Below, piece after piece: positions 43,776-57,127 of a DNA stretch of 64,000 bases. The position numbers and the translations under genes are program-made. Numbering within the stretch: the stretch's first letter is position 1; each line of letters starts with the position of its first letter. Source of the DNA: Chrysomallon squamiferum (lineage: Eukaryota > Animalia > Mollusca); assembly GCA_012295275.1 (NCBI GenBank), contig CM022665.1, forward strand, positions 13,454,001 through 13,518,000, given 5' to 3'. The notes beneath the pieces were generated by a model. It was not told the origin of the DNA. It searched no databases and saw nothing but the letters and a program-made list of their open reading frames with translations.

Positions 43776-44184
43776 ATCATACGGTTTTCTTAAAATCGAT
43801 ATTTTTACATTTTATTATTATCGCAATAAACTGTCTAGCTGTGAGATTAGAGCAGTAACTAATGAAGCTATAGAGAAAGTAAACAAAAATTATCCCTCTC
43901 GAAAAATAACAAAACAAAATAATAATAATAATAATAATAATATTAATAATAATAAAATAATAATAATAAATTTAAAAAAAAAAGAAGAAAAAAAAAAGAA
44001 AGAAAATAAATAAATAAATAGACAAAGTTCTTTTGATACTACTAAAATGTTTAATTACATTTATTTTTACATGTAAACATAATTTATCAATTTTTCATCG
44101 CATTAATGTGCAATAAATAAAATATTTACTCTTGCCGACACTTTCTTAATTCCAGTTTTTGACATATCCAGTAATCGAGAAAGC

Positions 44185-44223
44185 TGCGCATGCACAGCGG
44201 CATTAGTGATTGGACATGGCAAC
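44185..44223 (+). promoter_or_regulatory. Proximal promoter of canonical ADGB exon 1
   Basis: NRF1-like TGCGCATGCAC (44185-44195), inverted CCAAT box ATTGG (44209-44213) and RFX half site CATGGCAAC (44215-44223), 70-110 bp before the ATG. Fits the known RFX/FOXJ1 control of androglobin in ciliated cells. Confidence 0.6.
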
Positions 44224-44294
44224 AAGAGCGACGAACGATACTTGATAAGTTTTCTCAATTGTTGTCAATGAAATTTCAGTAATTGTTTAATGTC

Positions 44295-47200
44295 ATGGCT
44301 TCAAAGGGCACTAAAAAGGGTTCAACTTTCAATCGTGTGAATTCTGCAACACCAAGAGAGTAAGAACCTTTGAATAAGTGCTCATTTTTAAAGTTATTTT
44401 TGTTCCTTGGATACAATATGGCTGCTACCATATAGCCTGTCAACTCCAGAAACCTCTTAGCGCACTTGTTAAGGTCCATGAAAGCTTGTTATAATAGTCC
44501 TAGTTTAACGACTTTTTAAAAGTCCATTTAATCTTTGACATATTTATATAGCTCTTTGTTAAAATACTGTTCACTGAGTCGAGATTTATTTCATATGATA
44601 ACATTTATATATTTTAACAATTATTATTTTTTATGTTTATCAGTTCATTTATGATATTCAGGTGAATAATATAATTCTGAATTTTATAGTAAAATATAAT
44701 TGAATTACATTTTGTAATTAAATGTGATCTCTACATTTTTTTTTTTATCATGGTACTGTCTCTGATTATTACTATAAAAAAAGTATTATTAATCGGTAAC
44801 TATGCTAAATCATTAAACTGATTTTAATATCAAATCTGATAAACAGATATAAACAAATACTTCATATATTAATGTATTTATTATAATTTTATAACTACAT
44901 TATATCAATTTTTCTTAAATGTCTATTAATTATTCAAATAATGTTTTGTACACAGAACGTTAATTCTTTATCATCCATACAGCATAGTTATTCCTTGATG
45001 CCATAAAATAATTTTATTAATTTGTTTACCACTTTCATATTATTTATTTATTTCATATTTCATTATATATATATACACACACACATCACCCCCCGTTAAA
45101 CATATTTTTCTTTATATATATCAAATTTCAGAAAATAATTTTTTTAATTTTCATGTTTTGCAGGAAATTTTGCTGATATATCTTATTGAAAGTATCAGTA
45201 TATAAAATGTGGTATTTGGCATAAATTGATTAGTTACATTTGAATACATCTGGTATTTGTATTTTTCAAGAAACTGACATTGTATTGGTGTTCATTAGAT
45301 AAGTGTACGAGTGAATGAATATGTTTGTGTACACTTATTTTTTGTGTGTTTAGATACGTGTCTTTCATATGTGATTTCACTGCAATGCTTACTACTTCTA
45401 ACAAAATAGTGATTTAAAAAGCAGAAAGAAAAAAGATTATTTCAAATAATGAAATTTTTGTATGTATGTTTAAATTGTGGCTATATTTGTTTATATACAT
45501 GTGTGTTAGTGAATGTGGATCCATATTTATCATAAATTTAATATATATACACAGGTGTTTTGCATAAAATAAATGTGCTTGTGTGTGTGTTACTGAATGT
45601 GGATTTACTTTTTTTTTATGTTATCATATATATAAAAAGAAACATAACAGAAAAAATATATATATACAAATATGTTTGTATACTAAATATAACTATTATT
45701 ATTACAATTCTCAGAATATTCATTTATTACATTATGTGGACAGATAACAAATACATATATTTATTGTACATTATCTCTCTCTCTATAACTTGACATTAAT
45801 ATTAGTTTCATTATCATCTGCATCAAATTCATCATTACCATCTGGATATTTGTAAATGTTTTATTTACTGTTTCAGAAAAAAAAAGATATATATATATAT
45901 ATGTATGATCTATATTTAAACATAACATTATCATTTAGTGTGGATCAATTAGGACATGACATCCTACTCCAGATTTTTTGTCTATTTGTTTGTTGTTGTT
46001 TATTTGTTTTTTTATAATATCCACTACTCTGAGTGTGTGCCTATCTTTTCTGAAAATGGGATCATTCATTGTATAATTTCTGTATCACTATTTAAAAACA
46101 CTGTATTTTCACACGAGTTCAATTTCTAAATAGGAATGTTTCCTTTCTTTTATCTCATTAAGTTTTCAAATTAGATTTGAATGAAGACTGATGCAGTTAG
46201 TTAGTTTCAACCAATCAGTGTAAATTGCTTTTAATGGCTTCAGTTAGGATTGGTCTTGAAAACTATTTTGAAAATCTGTTTTTTTTTTTTTGGAAAAAAG
46301 TAATACTATTTAAAAAAAATATAATTATATATAGACTTAAGAGTATTTTGTTTATAATTAACACTGAAATATAAATATTTTATTATTATGATTATTATTA
46401 TCATCATTGTTATTATTTATATATTTTGTAATTAAAAAAAGTATATCATTTATTCATTATAACAGGTTTTTTACAATTAATATTTAAAAAATAAAATGTT
46501 TCTTCTATTTTCCATTTCTACATATAGAAAGTTCTTGAAAATATTAATCTTCAGAAAAAATAGAATCATAATAATTATTTATTTTTATTTACTTAATCAA
46601 GAATAGCCATATTAAATGTCTGTCTAAAACTACTAAACTCATTTACTGTGATCTGTCATATTGTTAGATTATTACATGTGTCATCATCATTAGCAGTAAT
46701 AATACAACTAGTAACATTGACGTTATCATCAAATTCAAAAATCTTTATACATCTGTCATTAATAGGCTGAATTTAAACAGCTAATTACTGGGATCAAGTA
46801 AGACAAATACTGTGATACCATTACTAATAGACTTTATTTTTATTTTATTTGACTATCAGATAATAGTATTATTTAATCAGTTTGTTCTCTCTATATCAAA
46901 GATCATCTTAAGAATAATGAAAATAAAATGGTATGATAGACAAAAACATGTAATTTGGATAGCCAAGATAATTTTTCATCATTTCTATCATTTGTTTATC
47001 TTTTCTTTTTTTGAAATTATTTTGTTTGTTTTGGTTTATTTTTTCTCTTGTTTGGGGGTGGTAATTGTCAGTTGTTTATATATACATTTAAAACATTTAT
47101 GCATCTCATTTAGAAAAAGTATTTTAATTAATTTTTATTTAAAAAATAAAAATGTGAATTAAAACACATCTGAAATAGATTTTTCCTTCTTTGTGCATTG

Positions 47201-48094
47201 TATGAAATGCAAGGAAGTTATGAAGAATGGTTTGAAAAATTAAAGTTAAATTTCTGAAACTCTATCTTTGACAGTATTTGAAATTAATTCTGTCAGCTGA
47301 ATGTCATCAAGATTCTGTGAAGTCTACATGGGCAGTTGTGTCACAGGCAGTCACTACAAATGTCATTATGTTACTTGACTGATTTATGTTTACAGTATTT
47401 TCTTGACAAATGATGCTTGAAACATAATACTTCTTATCTGCAGCTAGATGCAAATAGATCTTGGTGAGAAGTTGTTTAAGAATATTGTTTCAACTTCAAC
47501 CAGGTGATATATTCATAAGTTTACAGAAATGGAATGAATAATATTTCTATGTCCATAGTATTGATTTTAATACTTTTTATTTCTGTTTTGTTGTTTGTTT
47601 TGTAAATTGTTTAATAGGAAGTAGAATATTTTTATACAGTAACCTTTTGAATGAAAGAAAATCAAAATTCCTAAACTTTAGGATGTAAATACTAATATTA
47701 TAATAACTTTGTTGCATCAGAATTAAAAACACTGTGTTTTTCTAAACTCATTATTTAAATGGCTGCAAACAATACAACAACAAAATGATGCTAAACACTG
47801 GGGATTTTTAAATCAATATTTGTGACTGACAACACAGATCAAACAGCGCTTGGTTATTGATTCCACATGACAAAGAGAAAAACCTCCCTCCCTTCGTTCA
47901 TTACCACTCAACAAGTTTTACCTGCACAGGTTAATGGACTGTTCAAGCCACAGGTTTAAGGACAATGGGGTTTTCAACGAAAGTGGGATTTAATCATCTT
48001 TTCCCCTGACCTCAGGTAAAGCAGTGTTTTGTGGCTATGGTCACGTTAGCATGGGTTTGGTTACCTGTTTAATCAATGTAACTATTTTACATGG

Positions 48095-48135
<41 letters not shown>

Positions 48136-51100
48136 TTGATGTAACTTGCAGTAATAATGGAGTTGTTTGAGGTATGTTTTATTATTATTTAAAGAAAGAT
48201 GCTTTTTTTTTTTGTAAGTATAGAACAAATGTTTTCTCTTTGTTCTTATTTTACTTTTTGTATTTTATCTTTGTAGTTTTATCTTCAATTGTATATAACC
48301 CTTGCTTAAGAAATAATGATGGTTTTAACAGAATTCTTTGTACATCAGAAATATTAAAATATTGGATATGATCATTTTTAAAGATGGGAGGATTTTTCTA
48401 TTGATAAATATTCATTTATTTATTATTTTATTTGTCATCTTTTGTTTTATATGTATGTGTGATTTTGCATTTTCATTTATTTTTGATTTTCTTACATTTT
48501 AAAGTATTAAATTCTTTATTCTTTAGTGAAGAAATTTTGATAATACTTGTTTTCAGAAGTTAAGACAAATTCTTGTTAATGTATCTCAAAAAAAAAAAAA
48601 ATTCATTAATTATAATTTAAAGGTTCTGGGTTATAAAATAACAAAATAATGTTCTTGATATTCTTTTTCAGGTAATTTTACTAATTAAATGTTTTCTTAA
48701 ATGTTCTAAACATTTGAAAATATATTAAATACATTTTGCAAATAACAAATGTGTTTGGAATAAACTAAGAATAAAGTAACGTACTATTATTTACTAGAAA
48801 TAAAATTATAAATTAAAATGAGGATGCCTTTAAATATGATTAGAAAACTAAATTGTTACAGTATGAAATATCTGAAATAAATTTATAGCTGTATAAAATA
48901 AATACAATTTAAACAAAATCATGGCAGTATAAAATATCTGAAATACATTTACAGCAATATAAAATAACTGAAATTTACTGAAATTTACAAAAGTTAGAAT
49001 TATCTGACATTTTTTTTTTTATAGCAATGTAAAATATACAATTTACACAAAAGTAGAACAGTATAAAATATCTGAAATAAATTTATTACAGTATAAATTT
49101 AATCTACAATTTACACAAAATTATAGCAATATAAAATATCTGAAATAGATTTAAAGCAGTATAAAATAAATCTTCAGTTTACGCAATTATTACAGTATGG
49201 CTACCGATACATACAACATAGCAAATTATAGCACTGTTTTCTACTCAAGATTTCTTTGTTCACTTGCTATTGAATCAATAAAGTTTCAGTACTTTTATTA
49301 TTTATTGGAGCAGAAACCTTTAATTTGAAGTACATTAAAAATTAAATTTAGTTGCAATTCTTGTTACAATTTTCTTGCTACCTAGTTATAATGATGTGTG
49401 TGTAGATAATTATTGGTATGTATGAATGTTTTTTTTAAAATGCCAATTGTAAATAACCTCTTTCTTTGTCTTAGTTCTATATGTTCAAGTTAGGATATTT
49501 CTGCATGCAAAATATTCATAAATTAAATTTTATTTTATTTTTAATTTTATTATTTTTTTCTATCTTATTTGAATATTTTTGTTTTAGTTTGTTATTTTAT
49601 AGTATTATTTTATTTTATTTTATTTTATTTCATTTTTTATTTAATTATGCTTTATTTCATTTTGTTTTCTATTCATTTCATTTCTTTTTCATTTGTATTT
49701 CTGAATAATGTATCTAGAAATTACATTAAAATAAAACATGTAACTTTATAAAGTGATTGTGATTTTATAATTAATTTACTGACACCTCGTAATCAGTGTT
49801 AATTATTAACTGATTAATTAATTATACTTTAATTTATTTCATTTTATTTCAGGGCTGCATCTGTTGCTGCTAGTGCAGGAGGTCAGGACTCAAAACGTCC
49901 CAAAATTATAATCTGGCCTGAGTGGAATGATGCTGATATTAATGCTGAGAAATGGGTAAGAATTTTTAGAATATTAATAATAAAGATGATCATGATGATT
50001 CTTTCTCAAAAACAATTACAAATAAAATGAAATACTTTAAAAACAAACAAACAAACAAGTAAATAAATAAGTAAATAAATATAAAAATAAATAAATAAGT
50101 AAGTGTAAATAAATAAATATATAAATAAATAAATAAAGTATAATAAAGTAAAACAAAACTTTGGAGTACAGTTGAGTAGTAATGATATTAATATATTATT
50201 AATTAATAAAGTGCCAGTGATAAAAATGAAGCTGTTGATGGTAGTCCTGCAGCTTTAATTAAACTCCAGAAAATTATTAGGTTCAAATTGTTGATGTTTA
50301 CCAATTAAACTATTTCTATTATTAATTAATATTACTTTTATTTTTGTTTTTGTTGTTATAATTATTCTTATTGTTGTTGTTGTTTTATTATTGCATTTTA
50401 ATTTATTTTGTTTTTCATGTTCTTCCAGGAAACAGCCAGAAAAGATGACAGGAAAGGAAAATCTCCAGTTGTGGTTAGAAATTTTAAAATATATTTACAC
50501 ATTTACAAAATATGACAGTGCCAAGCCATTATTCTAATAATACTCCCTTATATAAGACAAATTTTATATTTATTTCTTTTATTTTTATAATCAAAATGAG
50601 AGATATTGTAGAAGTTTGAAATATATAATCTGTTTATTAAACAGAAACATTTTCCTTGAATGCAAAACTTTTTTTTTCATCTTAACATATATTTTATTCT
50701 ATAATTAATATTAATGTTTCATTTTTCTTTTTGTTATTCTTTCCAGTTTTATTCAGTATATTCATTTACTTTCATTTTAAAATATGTAATTTTATTTTGT
50801 TATTTGAATTCTATGTAAAATAAAACAGAAGAAGCATTATATTTTTTTTATTTTCTGAATATATGTATTAAATAAGAGAAAAGCAATTTCCCTTACTATT
50901 TATTCATTTTGCAATTTAGGTTCAGCATTATTTTGATGATCCAGATGGAAAAATTGAAATGCCCCCATCGCTAAAAGTAGACCACTGGAAACGTCCTCAA
51001 GAGTACATGCCTGATAGGGTATAAATAGAAACTCTTTTAAATAATAACTAAAATTATAAATGTTTTGCTTGAGAAACAAATGAGTGAATGTTTAATGATA

Positions 51101-54100
51101 CCACAGCACAAATTAACAGATGGGTGCATACACTTGAGAAACATCAACACTTAGTATCAGATGGTGTAATATAATAAAATATAATAATTTTTGCTAACTG
51201 TATATAAATATAAACAAAATTTCATTAGAAAGTTTTACAGTATAATATGCCTAGGAAAATGATTTGTATTTGAATTTTGTAGGATACATAACTGATGTAT
51301 TAAAACATTGTTTTTATAGGTAATATGGAAGGAGATAATACTTTTAATTAGATAAACTGTCTGAAATATATTAATTATAAATAATTTTGTTTTCAGACAC
51401 TTGTTGTATTTGACCCCGAACAAATTGGTAATGGATTTGATCTTGTTTCTAACAATGAACATATCCATGACAGTGAGGTATGTTTTCTTTTCCAGTTTTA
51501 ATTTGAAAATTTTTTAAATCTAATTCTGTTATCATATGTGCATAAATAAAAATAAAATTTGTTTTAAATTAAATAATGTGACATACGTGTCTATCTATAC
51601 ATAAAGTATGTAACTGTATTCATGTACATACTTATGAATAATATATTAACAGATTAGGTAACTATACTGAAAATAAAATGGTATCATTCAAATGGTAGGG
51701 ATTTTCAAAGTTCTCTGTGAAGATTTAATACAGTTTAGGTGGGGAGGGAATCTATGAATATTTTGAGGTGTGAAATGTCTGAGTCCATTCATTATCATCC
51801 CTAATCTGCCTTTGATTTAACTTCATGAAAAGAATGATCTGTCACTTGTAAATACTTTCTCTGCATGTGTAACCCATGCCTGACACCTGCTCTCACTCCT
51901 GGTTCCAGCTTATGCTTCAGATAACTTATTGATTTTCACCTGCTTTACAGTGGGAGGCTGGTCTAGATTACCCACAGTTTAATCAGTTTTCACTAAACTG
52001 AATATTTACACAACACGTGGGAACAAAGGCTTGCTGTATTTGTTTTCCGTAGTTTTATCTCCACAACTTTACTAATAGCTTCTGCTGAGCCATTTATCAT
52101 GCAGCAAATAACCAAGCTGTACTTGATGCAACATGAAATATGAATGTACTGTTATTAATCTGTTCTCCATCTGCTGGTATATTAACTTTTTCTTACTTAT
52201 GAAAGTCAGATTGATTATCTTCCTTTGAATCTTGCTATAGCTCATAGGTTAAAAGTGCAGTTTATTATATTCCTTTGAATCAAGTCATAGCTTGGTGATT
52301 GAAAGTCAAATTTTTTCGCTACCTTTGACTCAGGCTACAGCTCATGTTGAATGGCAGATTTATCTTCTTTTGAATCAAGTTAAAGCTCATAGGTAGAATG
52401 TCAAATTTATTATCTTACTTTCAATTAGGCTACAGTCTGTAGGTTAATTTAGGCCTGAGGAATTGTAGATCTGTTCTTGGTAATGCACTGTGCATTTTTT
52501 TTTTTTTTAATAAGGCCTATTACCAGTTTATTAAATGCTGTGATTTTTTTTCTGTCTGTGGGAAGGTATATAAAAATATTGTCTTTTTTTTTTTTTTATC
52601 ATCATTACAAACAACAATGACAAAAAAAAAACAAAAAAAAAATCACCCACTATGATATTTAGTTATTCATTGATTCCATCAATTCATATTTCAAACACTA
52701 TTTACTTTTTTATTTTGAATTTTTTTCATTACTTTTTTCCATGAATTGTTTCATCCACCTCCCTTTCTTCAGTATAGTGTTTTGTATCTGAATGTGCCAC
52801 AAGATGTCATAGACAAACTGATGAATATTTTACATACAATTATTATGGATTACCTTGAAATTTTAAAAAATACTCTTTATATATTTATATAGTTAGTGTA
52901 TTTTCAGTTAATATTTGATACATTTTCAGTGTTAATAATCTATATATTTTCAGTTAATATTTTATATTGTTTCACTTAATATTATGTATGTTTTCTGTTA
53001 ATATTTTGAACATTTTGAGTTAATATATTGTATGTTTCAAGTTAATATTTTATACCTTTTCACTTAAAATTTTGTATATTTTCAGTTAATGCGATACATC
53101 ATTAGTCAGATAACAGCACTATGGGAAATTAACACAGTGAAGCTTCCTGAAAAAAACGACCCAAATGCAGCAGCAGTACCAGGAGAGGATAACTCACATA
53201 CTTGGAAACCCTGGGAGCACATTTATTCCTTGTGTAAAGCTGGAAAAGGACCACATATGCCACTTTACAATGCACATGGTAAATACGTGGTGCGATTGTA
53301 CTGGCTGGTAAGTACAGAAATGTTATATTTTTTATTTTGTTTACATATTCTTCTTATATCAAACTGTTTTGGTAGCCATAAGCATAGTATGATTCATACA
53401 GAAAAAAGGCAGTAAAACCATTATACTGGGTATGATTTATACAGAAGGAAAAAAATACAATAAAACAATGTCTTCATGTCTGTTGTTATTATTTAGAGCT
53501 GAGGTTGCACTTGTTTGTCTTTGGTTGTTAATCCATTCACATCTCCAGAGCATCTGGAGTGAATAAATGTCAATATGGTTTTAATTAATTTACAAGTGTT
53601 TTAGTAGTTGTGATCATAATATCTCGCTCCTGTAGTACTTAGTTTACTGCTGCAATCTTATTAACATAGATTACCAGCACTCACTGAAAAGATCCACGTG
53701 ATGTTCCTCAAAGCTTTTCGTAACTCTGTCATCCCATTACTATCACCTTACTTTACTATAGATATAACCACATAAATCATACAACTGCAGCCAGATAAAT
53801 GGATTTTTAGTTTACAGTATTTGTTATTTTAAATTAAACTATAATTTGACACATCAATCTTCACAGAATCACACATATCTTCAGAAGGCAATCTGTTTTT
53901 CAACCAAGCAGTTTTGTATGGCCTGTTTCAGACAGGATATTTTATTTACCTATGATTTATCAGTCACTGACACAGACTAAACAGAAAAATGCAAAATAAG
54001 CTAATGAAATGGATTAGTCTTGGATAATTATATATAACAATAAACACTTTACCACTAGGCTTCATCATGCCCTTTCAATAATTCATTTTACCTTACAGAA

Positions 54101-57058
54101 TTCTTAAATTTTAGCAAGAAAATACAGATTGTCTTATGGTTCTTTTGTTGATTTATTCCATTTTGTCTTATTTATATTACATAATAATTAGCTGTTTATT
54201 TGACTGATTATTTAGGGTTGCTGGCGAAAGATCTATGTAGATGATAGTCTTCCTTTTGATGAAGAAAACAGACTGTTGTTACCATGTTCACACATTGTTG
54301 AGGAACTCTGGCCCATGTTGTTAACAAAAGCTCTAATTAAAATAGCTTCTTTGGAGTGAGTTCCATCTTCATTTCATATCTTTTTTTTCTTTTTCTTTCA
54401 TTCTTTCCATTACTAAAGCAACCACTTTTTTCTTTCTTACTCTCATTCTCTTTTCTATTGTTTGTTGTTACATTTTCTGTATACTGTATTATTATATTTT
54501 TTTTTAAGTGATATTCCAAAAATAATAAGAATAAAGGAACTAACCATCATTTATTGTGAAAACTTTTTCATTTTTATTCTAAGTTAACAAGGGTAAATAT
54601 ATTATTTATGCTTAATTTTTTTAAATTATCATTATTATTTTTAATCATTAATATCATTTTCATTTTTATTATTATTACTATTATCATTATCATTATCATC
54701 ATCATTATTATTATAGCTACAATGGAGGCAGGAGTTATTGTGAGTTTGGTGACTGCAGTATCATTCAGTGTTTGACTGGCTGGCTTCCTGAGACTATCCC
54801 GATGCAGTGAGTTTTTAGCACAGTCAACCAGGATTAAAATTTTACCCACCACTTACTAGCTGTCTCTAATAATGTCACTCAGCTTTATAACACTGGTGTG
54901 GGATTTTACATATATCTGTGTGGATTTTGTATAATAATACTAATTACATACCAATGTTATTGGCAGCAAAATATTTATTTTTCAATTTAATGTTAATTTA
55001 AAATAGCATATGTAGTAATTTTCCTTATTTTTTTTTTATTATTATTATTTTTTTTTTTAAATCCTTGTTTTAATAATTCCAAAACAAACAGAATGTTATT
55101 CAACTCTGAAGAAAGGTATTAATAAATTGTACTAATAATACTTACCTGTCAGTTTAAATAAAAAAAATAAAAAACACAAACTACCCGCCCCAAAAACCCC
55201 AACATTTCCCAAACAGGTGCATTATGTATGTATCAAAGAAAGGTTTTGATTATTTACAGTAATTTCCTCAGTATTTGTCATATTGCTAAAAGTATGGATG
55301 GTTTATTTTGATGTTTAATAATATCCCTGAATTTCCTAATCGGTATCAAAACACATCAGTAATTTATTGCTGCTGTAAATAGTATAAATATATTTAATAT
55401 AATCAGTAAATAGCATTAGTTTTTAAATACATGATGTTATACAGACATTTTTGAAATAGCACTTTGCAGGATTTACTAAGATATATGAAACAACTTTTAT
55501 TTTGAAGTTTATTTTTAGGCTGGTAGTAACACTCTAGTTTGTATAAAATTTACAGAGTAGTAATGTTACAGCTTTTATATAGAATATATAGAATTTTGCA
55601 TAGTTCTATAGAAGTTTGCAGTAGTTTTCTTTTTTTTTTTTTTTTTTTTTATATATAGATGTTTTTTGAGTAATGTAGTTTTTATATAGAAAACCTTTAA
55701 TACAGAAAGACCAGTCTTAAAAAAAATAAATTCTTGTTTGTTTTCTTTTACCATAAATATATATGTATAGAAGTGTGTGTGTTTCTGTGTGTATGCGTGT
55801 GTGTGTGTGTGCGTGTGCGTGTGTGTGTGTGTGTGCGTGTGTGCGTGCGTGCATGTGTAAAGCCATGGACATGTAGGTGTAGGTGGATACTTGCATATTT
55901 GCATCACTTTAAGTATTGTTGATTATTTTTATTAAAAATTTATGTTTTGAAAACAAAAGAGTGACTAAAATTACATTTAACTAGATTACATATACCAAAT
56001 TTGTACCTTTCTTGTTTAGTTTTTCTTTTTTTCAAGACTGGCCTACTGAAGTGTGCAGTTGTTTTTATTAACACTGTACTAACATCACCCTCATTTTCTT
56101 TCGTGCACCATTCCTTACAGATGCTTTATCTCTGAACACATCTATGACCACAGCTTCTTCCCTTCCACCGGGGGATCACCATTAATTTCCTCTAATGTCA
56201 TTCTTCATAAATTCTTTGACTTGAGTGCTCAACGTAGCAGTGTCTTCGTGTCTGTTTCAAATGGAAGTTACGAGGCTGTAAGGCAAGAAAGTTAATATGC
56301 ACATAATACATACACAACAGTTGATATACTTGTCTAATTTGTAAGTGTGTGTACATTGCATTCAGAAAGCAGTGTCTGCACATATCACACATCTGTTATT
56401 CTAAAGATAATAATGAATTATTTTAAATATATATTATTTGAAACTTAAAGGTTATTAGTGAATTTTTCATAATACATAATATATTATTTATTTATTTATT
56501 TATTTATGTATTTATTATTTTTTTTTTTTTAATTATTTTTTTTTATTTATTTATTCATTTGTTCTCCCATGCATTATTACTTATTCTTTCTGTGATTGTA
56601 ATAGCAATATTATATGTGGCATATTGAAAACAGTTCAGTAACCAAATTTAGCACATTTATAATTAACTTAAAATTGATGACTGATTTAATTTGATCAATC
56701 TGGGATGCTGCAACCAAATTTTAGAATCTTGTCTAATACATTATTTTAACAATTCATTAAACTGGTGACTTGAATTAAACTATATTAACTTGGGAAGCTG
56801 GAACCAACTTTCCTTCATTTATATATTTTTTCTTTATAATTATTTTAATTGGATGTGATGTTTGCACACTAATATGTATCTGGTTTTTTTTCATGTTTTT
56901 TTTTTTATTACTAATTTGAAAATCATGGAACATTTTATATTTAGAAATAAATTCTTTGGATAAACTTTGGTTTTTATGCAACAAATCTAATCTTATATTG
57001 TAATAATGCATTGTTTGAATTTATTAAGCATTAATTAGCCAGAATATAAATAACTAAT

Positions 57059-57091
<33 letters not shown>

Positions 57092-57096
57092 TTTTA

Positions 57097-57127
<31 letters not shown>

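Noticed and set aside
47867-47956. [21 protein letters not shown]... in ADGB intron 1 (has an RKTS motif)
   Set aside because: The available donors (GTTAAT, GTTTAA) are weak and phase 0, so it is incompatible with exon 2.
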